A DNA stretch of 64,000 bases from Candidatus Bipolaricaulota bacterium (GTDB lineage Bacteria > Bipolaricaulota > Bipolaricaulia > M55B111), in assembly GCA_018400715.1 (NCBI GenBank), contig JAGYME010000002.1, positions 21,374 to 85,373 of the forward strand, written 5' to 3'. Made by a program: the position numbers and the translations under genes. The notes beneath the pieces were generated by a model. It searched no databases. It saw only the letters and a list, made by a program, of their open reading frames with translations, and had not been told where the DNA came from. Below, piece after piece: positions 22,202-31,313 of the stretch. Position 1 is the stretch's first letter; each line of letters opens with the position of its first letter.

Positions 22202-22315
22202 ATGAAGGTGCGAAGTTCCGTAAAAAAGATTTGCGATGATTGCAAGATTATTCGGCGTAATGGCCGTGTTGAGGTGACCTGCAAGAATCCGAAGCACAGG
22301 CAGCGTCAAGGATGA
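22202..22315 (+). CDS. rpmJ: 50S ribosomal protein L36 (37 aa; too short for the ORF track)
   Basis: Hand translation gives [37 protein letters not shown], in the expected slot between infA and rpsM. Confidence 0.95.
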   Translation: MKVRSSVKKICDDCKIIRRNGRVEVTCKNPKHRQRQG

Positions 22316-22334
22316 TTATAATAGGTGATCTAGG

Positions 22335-22697
22335 ATGCCAAGACTAGCTGGTGTAGACATTCCCGAGGATAAAAAGGTGAAGATATCCCTTACTTACATC
22401 AAAGGTATAGGGCAGCACAGGGCGCTCGAGGTCGCGGAGACTTCCGGCGTGGATCCCGACGAATACGTCCACGATTTGACCGAAGCAGACGTGGCCAAGC
22501 TCAGGAACGCCATAGACAAGTACAGGGTCGAGGGAGATCTTGAACGAAAGGTCGAAGCGGATATTCAGAGGTTGAAGGATATCGATTGTTACCGCGGGCA
22601 GCGCCACAAAACCGGGTTGCCCGTCAGAGGGCAGAAGACGCAGTCGAACGCAAGGACCTGGAAGGGCCCGCGGGAGGCGAAAGCAGGAAAGAAATGA
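22335..22697 (+). CDS. rpsM: 30S ribosomal protein S13
   Basis: MPRLAGVDIPEDKKV..SLTYIKGIG, CYRGQRHKTGLPVRGQKTQSNARTWKG. Confidence 0.97.
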   Translation: MPRLAGVDIPEDKKVKISLTYIKGIGQHRALEVAETSGVDPDEYVHDLTEADVAKLRNAIDKYRVEGDLERKVEADIQRLKDIDCYRGQRHKTGLPVRGQKTQSNARTWKGPREAKAGKK

Positions 22698-22723
22698 TTT
22701 TTTATGAAACAAGGAGAGATTAG

Positions 22724-23059
22724 ATGGCACGCAAGAAGGTAAAATTAAACAAAGCCAGGGTTCATGTAAACGCTTCGTTTAACAACACCATTCTTACCTT
22801 GACGGATACCAACGGAGACGTCGTCTCGTGGGTTACACCTGGGTCTGTAGGCTTCAAGGGGTCAAGAAAGGGGACTCCTTACGCGGCGCAGGTTGCCACG
22901 GAGGCTCTCATAAAGGAGATGAGGGACTACGGTGTGAATTCCGTTATCGTTACGGTAAAGGGAACGGGTTCTGGACGAAATTCAGTCATTCAAACGATCG
23001 AAGGGGCGGGAATTAAGGTAACTAAGGTTTCTAACATAACGCCCAGATCGCACGGTTAG
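22724..23059 (+). CDS. rpsK: 30S ribosomal protein S11 (C-terminally short, 111 aa)
   Basis: VHVNASFNNTILTLTD, GFKGSRKGTPYAAQVA. It ends ...NITPRSHG* without the usual CRPPK(R/K)RRV tail. Confidence 0.93.
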   Translation: MARKKVKLNKARVHVNASFNNTILTLTDTNGDVVSWVTPGSVGFKGSRKGTPYAAQVATEALIKEMRDYGVNSVIVTVKGTGSGRNSVIQTIEGAGIKVTKVSNITPRSHG

Positions 23060-23073
23060 AGGGGGTATCAAAT

Positions 23074-23697
23074 ATGGGAAGAGATACAGAAGCGAAGTGT
23101 AAGAAGTGTAGGAGAGAAGGAACTAAGTTATTCCTAAAGGGCGAAAAGTGTTATTCAGATAAATGTCCTTTGACCAGAAAATCCTACCCGCCCGGTGAGG
23201 CAGGAGAGAGCAGGTCGCGATGGTCTCAATATAGGATAAGGCTGAGGGAAAAACAGAAGGCCCGCCACATATACGGACTTAGGGAAGAGCAATTCAGGAA
23301 CTACTTTGAGGAATCAAAGAAGAGTAAAGAGGTTACCGGTGAGGCGCTACTCAAGCTGCTGGAAAAGCGGCTGGACAACGTCCTTTATCGCAGCGGTCTG
23401 GCAAACTCCCGTGACCAAGCTCGACAGCTGATTAACCACGGTCATATCGAGGTTAACGGCCGGTCTGTCGATATACCGTCGTACCTGGTGGAAGAGGGGG
23501 ATGTGGTTTCGTTTAAGAGCAGCTCGAGTCAGAAGGAAGGCTTGCGCGAACTCGTGGACGAGGAGACATCCCGTATTCCCACCTGGATAGACGTTGAGCC
23601 GGAAAACATGAAGACCTCTGTCCTGTCAGAGCCCACAATTGAGGACCTTGAGGAAACGCTTAAAGTAAACAGAATTGTTGAGTTCTACTCACGGTAA
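23074..23697 (+). CDS. rpsD: 30S ribosomal protein S4 (Cys4 N-terminal form)
   Basis: CKKCRREGTKLFLKGEKCYSDKCP, and S4 domain RLDNVLYRSGLANSRDQARQLINHGHIEVNG. Confidence 0.97.
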   Translation: MGRDTEAKCKKCRREGTKLFLKGEKCYSDKCPLTRKSYPPGEAGESRSRWSQYRIRLREKQKARHIYGLREEQFRNYFEESKKSKEVTGEALLKLLEKRLDNVLYRSGLANSRDQARQLINHGHIEVNGRSVDIPSYLVEEGDVVSFKSSSSQKEGLRELVDEETSRIPTWIDVEPENMKTSVLSEPTIEDLEETLKVNRIVEFYSR

Positions 23698-23718
23698 AAA
23701 TAACGTAGCGGAGGGCTA

Positions 23719-24678
23719 ATGTTAGAATATATTGAGCCAGAAGACGTACATTTTGAGGAATTAGATCACACTCAAGGTACGCTCGTAATAAGCCCATTAG
23801 AACGGGGTATGGGAACAACATTGGGCAACTCTCTCCGGCGGGTATTGATGTCCTTAATACCCGGCGCTGCGGTAACTAGAGTTAGGTTTAGTGGAAAATA
23901 TCACGAATACGACACGATAGAGGGAGTAAGAGAGGACGTCATCGAGATAATCATGAACATTAAGGGTCTGGCCCTGAGGATGACCAGGGAGGAAACCCTC
24001 AAGATGTATCTCGAGGCCTCTGGCGACGGAGAGGTGAAGGCAAAGGACCTTCAGGTAGAGTCGGGGATAGAGATCGTCAATCCCGAACACGAGATTGCCC
24101 ACCTGTCCGATGGGGGTTCACTCGACGTGGAAATGGACGTGGAGGCTGGAATGGGATATAGGTCCGCGGACGAGAACAAGATCGAAGATGCCCCTCTCTC
24201 GATAATCCCGATCGACTCCGATTTTTCTCCTGTACAACAGGTGAATTTTACCGTCGACAACGTGCGTGCTGGTGGGAGGGAGGATTGCGATAGGCTTACG
24301 CTGGAGTTGGAGACGGACGGAGGCATAAGGCCCGAAGAGGCCGTGGGAAGAGCTTCTAGGATTCTTGCCCGTCGGTACGAACTCTTTTCCAGGCTCCCGG
24401 AACTCCCGTTCGGAGAGCTAGGTACGCTTCAGGAAGTCGAAGAGGAGGTACCCGAGGAGTTCGACGAAAGGCTCGAGGACCTCGGTTTCAACCAGAGGGC
24501 CTGTAACCTGCTCCAGGAGAAGGGCGTAGAGGTGCTCGAAGATTTGCTTGAACAGACCCCGAACGACCTCCTCGACATACACGGTTTTGGAGACAAGACC
24601 TTACAGAAGGTCGAGAGCAAGTTGGATGAACTTGGATACTCGTTGGCAGATAAGGAGGAAAGTAACAATGGATCATAA
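23719..24678 (+). CDS. rpoA: DNA-directed RNA polymerase subunit alpha
   Basis: PLERGMGTTLGNSLRRVLMSLIPGAAVT, and a C-terminal domain with the LGFNQRACNLLQEKGVEVLEDLL helix-hairpin-helix. Confidence 0.96.
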   Translation: MLEYIEPEDVHFEELDHTQGTLVISPLERGMGTTLGNSLRRVLMSLIPGAAVTRVRFSGKYHEYDTIEGVREDVIEIIMNIKGLALRMTREETLKMYLEASGDGEVKAKDLQVESGIEIVNPEHEIAHLSDGGSLDVEMDVEAGMGYRSADENKIEDAPLSIIPIDSDFSPVQQVNFTVDNVRAGGREDCDRLTLELETDGGIRPEEAVGRASRILARRYELFSRLPELPFGELGTLQEVEEEVPEEFDERLEDLGFNQRACNLLQEKGVEVLEDLLEQTPNDLLDIHGFGDKTLQKVESKLDELGYSLADKEESNNGS

Positions 24679-25015
24679 GACCAAGGGTTGGAAATTTGCA
24701 AAGTCAACTCGACAGCGACAGATAGTCTCTACCCTGATCAAGGACTTGATCAGGCATGGCAAGGTGGATACCACCGCTACCCGGGCAAAGGAGACCAGTA
24801 GATATGCTGATAGAATGGTTACCCTTGCCAAACGTGGCGACGGACATGCCAGGCGACAGGCCTATAAGTTGATCAACGATAAGGAACTTGTCGCTGAGCT
24901 GTTTGAAGAGGTTGCCCCGGGTTACAGCGATAGAGACGGAGGGTATACGAGGATACTGCGGCTGCCGCCGCGGCGTGGAGACGGAGCGGAAATGGCGAGG
25001 TTGACTTTCGTTTAA
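24668..25015 (+). CDS. rplQ: 50S ribosomal protein L17
   Basis: ATG at 24668. RQIVSTLIKDLIRHGKVDTTATRAKE, GGYTRILRLPPRRGDGAEMA. The ORF-track start at 24548 is inside rpoA. Confidence 0.95.
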   Translation: MDHKTKGWKFAKSTRQRQIVSTLIKDLIRHGKVDTTATRAKETSRYADRMVTLAKRGDGHARRQAYKLINDKELVAELFEEVAPGYSDRDGGYTRILRLPPRRGDGAEMARLTFV

Positions 25016-25048
25016 GGCAAAATATTCTTAGAGATTCAACTCGTCCGT

Positions 25049-25080
25049 GGGGAGGAATTTCCTCCCCATTTTCTATTTTC
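25049..25080. terminator. Rho-independent terminator between convergent rplQ and ftsX
   Basis: GGGGAGGA-att-TCCTCCCC perfect stem (25049-25067) followed by ATTTTCTATTTTC. Confidence 0.7.
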
Positions 25081-25965
25081 TTAGATAACCGGAGTATCAG
25101 ATTCCCATCTCGCGTCGACCTCTCGTAGGCTAAACAGGGAGGACAAGAAACCGACCACGACGCCTAGCAAGACCGACCAGACGACCAGGATCAATATGGT
25201 GGTGTCGCTCTGGAGGTTCGCCAATTGGTTGCTGAGCCATATTCCACTGCTTGCCCACTGGGACAGCGCGAAGAGAAGTATCAAACTGAGGACCGACCCA
25301 ACCAGCCCCACCAGTATGCCAAACAACATAACTGGAAACTTAATCGATCCTCTCGACAGGCCCGAGTAACGCATTATCTGTATCTCTCCTTCCCACGAGT
25401 CGAGCACTTCCTTAGTCGTGGACTTGATTAGGTAAAAGACCAACCCAACGAGGCCCACGGCGATGATGAGGAGGACTATCTTCAACCAGAGCGGAAGTTT
25501 GGTCCCGGCCTCCGTATTCAGGTTCCGTGCCGTTAGGGAACTTACCATGGTTATATCAGGTTGTTTCCGCAGGTCCGCGAGCATCTTCTCCCTGTCGGGG
25601 GTCTTGACCAGAAAGACGTCGGAGCCCCCCGAGAGTTCTGAGGGAAGTTGGAGAAGACCCTTTTCAATTTCTTCCGAAAGCACGAGGAAGATACCGTCTA
25701 CGGAGTTTAACCGTCTCAGGGATAAATATAGTTCGTTAATCTCTCCGCTGGACAGGTTTCCCCGTATCTGGGCGACGGTGTTAAACCCCTCCGGGAACCT
25801 CTCCATCTCAGGTTTTACGCTAAGCGGTTGTTGTTTGGGGATCAACAATACGTATATGAGGGCGATGAAACCCAGGATGAATAGGACTGCCCCAAGCGTC
25901 TTGATCAGCGCGTTACGGGTGAGCAGCCTCCTAAACTCCTTGATTAAATATAAACTCGCTTGCAT
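25081..25965 (-). CDS. ftsX: FtsX-like cell-division ABC permease
   Basis: TM1, a ~110-aa extracytoplasmic domain, and three C-terminal TMs. EIQIMRYSGLSRGSIKFPVMLFG matches the FtsX box (EIxImrlvGA..fIrxPF). Confidence 0.85.
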   Translation of the reverse strand: MQASLYLIKEFRRLLTRNALIKTLGAVLFILGFIALIYVLLIPKQQPLSVKPEMERFPEGFNTVAQIRGNLSSGEINELYLSLRRLNSVDGIFLVLSEEIEKGLLQLPSELSGGSDVFLVKTPDREKMLADLRKQPDITMVSSLTARNLNTEAGTKLPLWLKIVLLIIAVGLVGLVFYLIKSTTKEVLDSWEGEIQIMRYSGLSRGSIKFPVMLFGILVGLVGSVLSLILLFALSQWASSGIWLSNQLANLQSDTTILILVVWSVLLGVVVGFLSSLFSLREVDARWESDTPVI

Positions 25966-25987
25966 AAGTTATCTCTCTGAAATTCGT

Positions 25988-26629
25988 CTACACTTCGATT
26001 GTCTGAATCCTCTCGAGATCGGGCTTTAACGTACTCGACAGTAAAAAGGCGGTGAGACCGCTCGTATCGACCACGTTTGCGAGCAACTTCAGTATCTCCT
26101 CCTCGTCTCCACGGCCCAGTTCTGAGAACGGGTTACGGCAGATTAACAGTCGGGGAGAGTTAACCGTGGCCAGAGCAAGAACTGATCTCGCCTTCTCCTC
26201 AGGGGACATCTCCCCTGGCAGAGAACCCTGGACGCCTCCGAGCTGAAAGTAGCGCAACGTCTCTTCTATCATTTCGTCCGCTTCGATGGTATCTCCAATA
26301 ATCCCCATCTTGAATTCAAGTGCCTCTCGTACTGTCTTTTCCTTGGGCAAGATGAAGTCGTAAGGGACGAAACTTACCTCCTTTTTCAACATCTCCTTTC
26401 GCTTCTTCTCGTTTAACCTGACGATATTTCTACCAGAAACCACTATTTGTCCGGAATCGGGATCCAATTCCCCTATCAATACTCTGAAGAGGACGTCATA
26501 CTGGATCTCCGTTAACCCTTTGAGTTGCGCTATCTCCCCACCTTCTACGTTAAAGCTGAGGTTTTCGAATATTAATTCGTCTTCCGAGTTGCAAATCGAT
26601 AACTCAGCAACTTGAACCATTTTTGACAT
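25988..26629 (-). CDS. FtsE-like ABC nucleotide-binding-domain protein with degenerate catalytic motifs
   Basis: It aligns colinearly by eye with FtsE. Walker A is GLTEIQYDV, signature MSPEE, Walker B LLICRNPF, and the H-loop is LSST. It sits immediately upstream of ftsX. Confidence 0.7.
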   Translation of the reverse strand: MSKMVQVAELSICNSEDELIFENLSFNVEGGEIAQLKGLTEIQYDVLFRVLIGELDPDSGQIVVSGRNIVRLNEKKRKEMLKKEVSFVPYDFILPKEKTVREALEFKMGIIGDTIEADEMIEETLRYFQLGGVQGSLPGEMSPEEKARSVLALATVNSPRLLICRNPFSELGRGDEEEILKLLANVVDTSGLTAFLLSSTLKPDLERIQTIEV

Positions 26630-27434
26630 CTTTAACCCTTCTCTGTCCGAATAGTATTCTGTCCTTTTCCCCGGTGTCCTTGATTAATTTAACCCGAGTG
26701 AAGTCGGTATTTGAAACCAAGTCCTTGACCCTTTCCCCTTGGTTATAACTAATTTCTAGAAAAAATGCACCATCTTCAGTCAAATATCCGGGGACTTCCT
26801 CGAGTATCCGCCGTATTTCTCTCATTCCGTCCTCTCCCCCGTCGAGTGCCTCCAGGGGTTCGTGTTCCCTGACCTCCGGGCTCAGCTCTTCGATCTCCCC
26901 TGAGGCAACGTAGGGCGGGTTGGAGACTATGATATTGTATTGATCGTCTACCGCTGAAAACCAGTCCGACTGTCGGAACTCAACCGCGCCGGAGACCCCG
27001 TTTTCGGACACGTTCTCCTCCGCAAGTTTCAGTGCGGAATCGCTCTTGTCCACTGCGGTTACCCGGGGGGCAACTAGGAACTTGGCGAGGGCGATGGCAA
27101 TAGCCCCGGAACCCGTACCCAGGTCGAGGACCTTAAGCCCGCTCCGGTGGCGAAACCGGGTGAGGATTTCCTCGGTCATCTCCTCCGTCTCCGGTCTGGG
27201 GACGAGGGCCCGATCGTCTATCTTCAAACTGATCCCCATAAAGGACGTCTTGCCCGTGATATACTGTAGGGGTTGGCCGGACTTTCTCTTCTTGATCAGC
27301 GGTCGGTATCTGTTCAGTTCGGCCTTGGTTAGGGGTCTATCGGGGTTTAGATAGAGATTTAACCTGTTCACCTCTAGCGTATGAGCTAGAAGTTCTTCTG
27401 CCTCCAGTCGGGATTTTTCTATCCCCGCCCCCAT
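26604..27434 (-). CDS. prmC: Release-factor glutamine N5-methyltransferase PrmC/HemK (true start probably upstream, up to 27491)
   Basis: VLDLGTGSGAIAIALA SAM motif and catalytic IVSNPPYV. The frame stays open 57 nt upstream of the ATG and encodes the conserved N-terminus. Confidence 0.9.
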   Translation of the reverse strand: MGAGIEKSRLEAEELLAHTLEVNRLNLYLNPDRPLTKAELNRYRPLIKKRKSGQPLQYITGKTSFMGISLKIDDRALVPRPETEEMTEEILTRFRHRSGLKVLDLGTGSGAIAIALAKFLVAPRVTAVDKSDSALKLAEENVSENGVSGAVEFRQSDWFSAVDDQYNIIVSNPPYVASGEIEELSPEVREHEPLEALDGGEDGMREIRRILEEVPGYLTEDGAFFLEISYNQGERVKDLVSNTDFTRVKLIKDTGEKDRILFGQRRVKDVKNGSSC

Positions 27435-27739
27435 AAAGTAGTTCCTGGTCCAGTCTAAAATCTCTTTTACCGTCCAAGTTTTTGACAGAATATATCCCTC
27501 GGGTTTCTGCTGTTATAGCCGTTTTTAAGCGAATTTAAGGATATCATAACATTGCAAAAAGGTCAAGTCGCCGCTAAACTTTCTTGTTACAAAGGGTACT
27601 CCTACCCGGCAACTGGTCAAGGTTTAATAAATTTAGAAACCAGTAACGGGCCAAATTTCGTTTGCCTGTCTATATGGGTTATTATATGATATGATGGAAG
27701 GAATGTTAACTTAGAACTATCGAGGGGGAAAATTACTTA

Positions 27740-28237
27740 ATGAAAAGGATCTTTTTATTGTCCCTGCTGCTAGTGGGTTTGGTAGTATCGTTGTCCGGTT
27801 GTTCTCTCTTCAACCAGGGCCCAGAAATTCAAAATTGGCAGCCCGGCGTCGATCCGGCGACTGGCGAAGTGATATTTGCTGACAAGGACGGCAAGGACTT
27901 CGAACTGTTCGTCCTAGATAGGGAGACCGGTGAAAAGACGCAGATAACGAACAACGAATCCGACGATTGGGGTCCAGACTGGGGTCCAAACGGTGAGCAA
28001 GTGGTATTCGTCTCCCAGCGTGATGACAACACAGATATCTACGTGCTTGATCCGAAAAGTGGCGACGAGACGCGTCTGACTACGGATGAAGGTCAGGACG
28101 TCAACCCGAAGTGGAGTGAAGATGATAAGGTAATCTTCAACTCGGACCGGACGGGTTCTTGGGAGATATTTGAGGTCTCCGCCGACGGTGGCGGGCTGAA
28201 ACAAGTGACCTTTTCTTCGGAAGAATCGGAAGGTTAA
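27740..28237 (+). CDS. Small TolB-like (PD40 beta-propeller repeat) lipoprotein
   Basis: Signal peptide with lipobox LSGC. Repeated FVSQRDDNTDIYVLD / IFNSDRTGSWEIFEV PD40-type blades. Confidence 0.75.
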   Translation: MKRIFLLSLLLVGLVVSLSGCSLFNQGPEIQNWQPGVDPATGEVIFADKDGKDFELFVLDRETGEKTQITNNESDDWGPDWGPNGEQVVFVSQRDDNTDIYVLDPKSGDETRLTTDEGQDVNPKWSEDDKVIFNSDRTGSWEIFEVSADGGGLKQVTFSSEESEG

Positions 28238-28250
28238 TAGCTCATAGCGA

Positions 28251-28949
28251 ATGTACGCGGATAAGAGCGTCGGGGCCGTTATCCTTGCTGCTGGTAGGAG
28301 TAGTCGGGCAGATGGCAACGTAAACAAGGTCTATCGCGAGCTCGCAGGGAGTCCGGTGTTGACTCATTCGTTGACCCGGTTCGCTGATTCCGGTCTGGTT
28401 GATCGACTGGTTGTAGTCTTCAACCGGGGTGACGCCGACCTGTTACAAGAACGGGTAATAGAGAGCTTTGACTCCGATACGCCTTTGGATACGGTTACAG
28501 GGGGAGAGAGAAGACAGGACTCATCCTGGGCGGGGTTGAACTTGATCGAGACGGACTACGTCTTTATCCACGACGGTGCTAGGCCAAACTTCAGCGTGGA
28601 CCTGCTCGTGGATTTACTCGAGGAGGCGGTCTTCTCCAGGGCTTCGTACCCCGGCCTCAAGCCCGTTGATACGATTAGAAGGCTTGAGCGAGGTTTTTCG
28701 GGGGAAACGGTCGACAGGGATGCCCTGGTCAGGGTGCAGACGCCTCAGTGTTTTGAGTACGATCTCCTGTACGAAGCGATCGGAAAGTCGTTGGAAGAGG
28801 GTGAGTACTACACGGACGACGCCGGAGCGGTTATGAGTGTTGAAAAGGTCAAGCCGGCCGTTGTCCCTGGAGAAAGAGGTAACATCAAACTAACGACCAA
28901 CGAGGATTTTTCGATTATAGAGAAGTTTCTGCGTGGGGACGACCTTTAA
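28251..28949 (+). CDS. ispD: 2-C-methyl-D-erythritol 4-phosphate cytidylyltransferase
   Basis: AVILAAGRSSR...NKVYRELAGSPVL, VFIHDGARP, VQTPQCF. Confidence 0.9.
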   Translation: MYADKSVGAVILAAGRSSRADGNVNKVYRELAGSPVLTHSLTRFADSGLVDRLVVVFNRGDADLLQERVIESFDSDTPLDTVTGGERRQDSSWAGLNLIETDYVFIHDGARPNFSVDLLVDLLEEAVFSRASYPGLKPVDTIRRLERGFSGETVDRDALVRVQTPQCFEYDLLYEAIGKSLEEGEYYTDDAGAVMSVEKVKPAVVPGERGNIKLTTNEDFSIIEKFLRGDDL

Positions 28950-29012
28950 TTGGAAGTTCTCGTCGTAGTTTGCGAAAGCGTGATTTACTTAATAATATAA
29001 TGAGGTGGTTTA

Positions 29013-29237
29013 ATGTTAACGATTATCATGAGGTTTATTTTCTATCTAAGTTCACTGGGGCTTATCGGCATAGTATTGGTGCAGATGAGTGAGCATGCCG
29101 GATTAGGTGGTGCTTTTGGCGCTGGAGGTTCCAGTACGGTTTTTGGAAGAGAGGAGAAGACGGACCCAAAGCGAACGGCTACCTCTGTATTAGCGTCTGT
29201 CTTCATGATCTCCAGCTTGCTCCTGTCAATTTTCTAA
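29013..29237 (+). CDS. secG: Preprotein translocase subunit SecG
   Basis: 74 aa, two TMs, central GLGGAFGAGGSSTVFG glycine-rich loop. Confidence 0.85.
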   Translation: MLTIIMRFIFYLSSLGLIGIVLVQMSEHAGLGGAFGAGGSSTVFGREEKTDPKRTATSVLASVFMISSLLLSIF

Positions 29238-29255
29238 TTTTCTCCTGGGGGAGTT

Positions 29256-30242
29256 ATGTCATTAATTGATCTGAAGGATTTAAAGACATATTTCTACACT
29301 GAGGATGGGGTCGTGCAGGCAGTTGATGGTGTGACGTTCAGCATCGACAGGCAGCAGACCATGGGTGTCGTTGGGGAAAGTGGCTCCGGAAAATCGGTTA
29401 CCGCTTTGTCCGTTATGGGTCTGGTGCCGATGCCACCGGGAAAGATAGTTGAAGGGGAGATCCTGTTCCATCGAGATGGCGGTACCGTTGATCTCACGGA
29501 GTTAAATCCAAAAGGAAAGGAGATGCGGTCGATCCGTGGCAACGAGATCGCGATGATATTCCAGGAACCGATGACCTCCCTTAATCCAGTATTCACGATT
29601 GGAAATCAGATCATGGAAGCGATTACCCTTCACCAGAACGTCAACAAGAAGAAGGCACGAAAGATAGCGATAAACATGCTGGAAGAGGTCGGCATCCCCC
29701 TGCCCGAACAGAGAGTAGATGAATATCCACATCAGCTTTCAGGTGGAATGAGACAGAGGGCGATGATAGCGATGGCCCTGTCCTGTAACCCTACGATGTT
29801 GATCGCTGATGAACCCACCACAGCACTTGACGTGACAATACAGGCCCAGATACTCGATTTAATGGAAGATCTACAACATGAATTCAACACTTCGATCATG
29901 TTCATCACTCACGATCTGGGCGTTATTGCCGAAATTACCAGCTTCGTCGTCGTCATGTACCTGGGCAAGATTGTGGAGAGCGGAGAAGTACACGAAATAT
30001 ATCACAATCCAACGATGCCGTACACGCAGGGACTTATGGAATCTATACCGTCCCTCGACGTGGACAAGGGGAGGTTAAAGCCGATTAAGGGGGTCGTTCC
30101 CGATCCCTACGATGTCCCTGAGGGATGTCCATTTAACAACCGCTGTCCACACGTCATGGATGTATGCAGGGAAAAGGATCCACCGTTGGTAGAGGTGGCT
30201 GACGGCCATAAATCAGCTTGTTGGTTGCACATTGATCATTAA
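29256..30242 (+). CDS. Oligopeptide/dipeptide ABC transporter ATP-binding protein (OppD/DppD type)
   Basis: Walker A GESGSGKS, signature LSGGMRQR, Walker B LIADEPTTALD, and a C-terminal oligopeptide-ABC domain with CPFNNRCP. Confidence 0.93.
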   Translation: MSLIDLKDLKTYFYTEDGVVQAVDGVTFSIDRQQTMGVVGESGSGKSVTALSVMGLVPMPPGKIVEGEILFHRDGGTVDLTELNPKGKEMRSIRGNEIAMIFQEPMTSLNPVFTIGNQIMEAITLHQNVNKKKARKIAINMLEEVGIPLPEQRVDEYPHQLSGGMRQRAMIAMALSCNPTMLIADEPTTALDVTIQAQILDLMEDLQHEFNTSIMFITHDLGVIAEITSFVVVMYLGKIVESGEVHEIYHNPTMPYTQGLMESIPSLDVDKGRLKPIKGVVPDPYDVPEGCPFNNRCPHVMDVCREKDPPLVEVADGHKSACWLHIDH

Positions 30243-30257
30243 GCGGGGTGAGCTTAA

Positions 30258-31313
30258 GTGGTAGAAATGGAAGAAGATAGACTACTTCAGGTTAGCGGAA
30301 TGAAGAAGTACTTTCCGGTGCGCCGCGGGGTGTTTCGGAGAGTAGTTGGATACGTGAAGGCCGTGGATGACGTGGACATGTTTATCCGTGAGGGAGAGAC
30401 CCTGGGACTGGTTGGAGAAAGTGGTTGTGGAAAGACGACCGCCGGCCGAACTATCCTCCGCCTTATCGAGCCGACAGCGGGTGAAATTTTCTTTCGGAGC
30501 GCCGAACTAGGTAACGGAAGCGGGGAGGTAGTTGATATTGCCAAGGCGGACAAGAGAGAGTTAAAACACCTCAGGCGCGACATGCAGATTATCTTTCAGG
30601 ACCCCTACTCTTCGTTGAACCCCAGGATGACGGTCGCCAGCATCGTTGGTGAACCCCTTGTCGTCCACGGCATCGGTAACAGAAAGGAAAGAAACGACAG
30701 GGTCAAGCAACTGCTGGAGACGGTGGGGCTCACGGAAAACCACATGAAGAGATATCCGCACGAGTTTAGCGGTGGTCAACGACAGAGAATTGGCGTGGCC
30801 CGAGCTCTTGCCCTGGACCCGGAACTGATCATAGCAGATGAGCCGGTTTCAGCACTTGACGTATCAATTCAGGCCCAGGTATTGAATCAGCTCGATGACC
30901 TCCAGGACGAATTCGGCCTGACCTACCTGTTCATCGCCCACGACCTTTCCGTAATCAAGCATATAAGTGACAGGGTAGCGGTCATGTACCTCGGACAGAT
31001 AGTCGAGCTGACCGACGTGGACAAGCTCTTCAACAGTCCTCTGCACCCCTATACCGAGGCGCTGATGTCGGCAGTCCCCGTTGCCAATCCCGATTTCGAG
31101 TCCGAGAGGATAATTCTCGAAGGGGACGTGCCTTCGCCGGTCGATCCCCCACCCGGCTGCTATTTCCACCCGAGGTGTCCGTACAGCGAGCCGATCTGTA
31201 GCGAAGAGGAGCCGGAACTCGTCGAGGTAGAGGACGACCACTACGTCCACTGTCACCTGGCTAAAGAACTCGACCTGAAGGGGTTATCGTCGGGAACAAG
31301 TGAGGACGAATAA
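30258..31313 (+). CDS. Oligopeptide/dipeptide ABC transporter ATP-binding protein (OppF/DppF type)
   Basis: [36 protein letters not shown]-terminal CYFHPRCP. Confidence 0.93.
   Translation: MVEMEEDRLLQVSGMKKYFPVRRGVFRRVVGYVKAVDDVDMFIREGETLGLVGESGCGKTTAGRTILRLIEPTAGEIFFRSAELGNGSGEVVDIAKADKRELKHLRRDMQIIFQDPYSSLNPRMTVASIVGEPLVVHGIGNRKERNDRVKQLLETVGLTENHMKRYPHEFSGGQRQRIGVARALALDPELIIADEPVSALDVSIQAQVLNQLDDLQDEFGLTYLFIAHDLSVIKHISDRVAVMYLGQIVELTDVDKLFNSPLHPYTEALMSAVPVANPDFESERIILEGDVPSPVDPPPGCYFHPRCPYSEPICSEEEPELVEVEDDHYVHCHLAKELDLKGLSSGTSEDE

Noticed and set aside
25463-26029. A 188-aa ORF on the + strand.
   Set aside because: It is antisense to ftsX and to the ftsE-like 3' end. The Ser/Arg-rich translation lacks SD and start context, whereas the minus-strand genes have clear family signatures.
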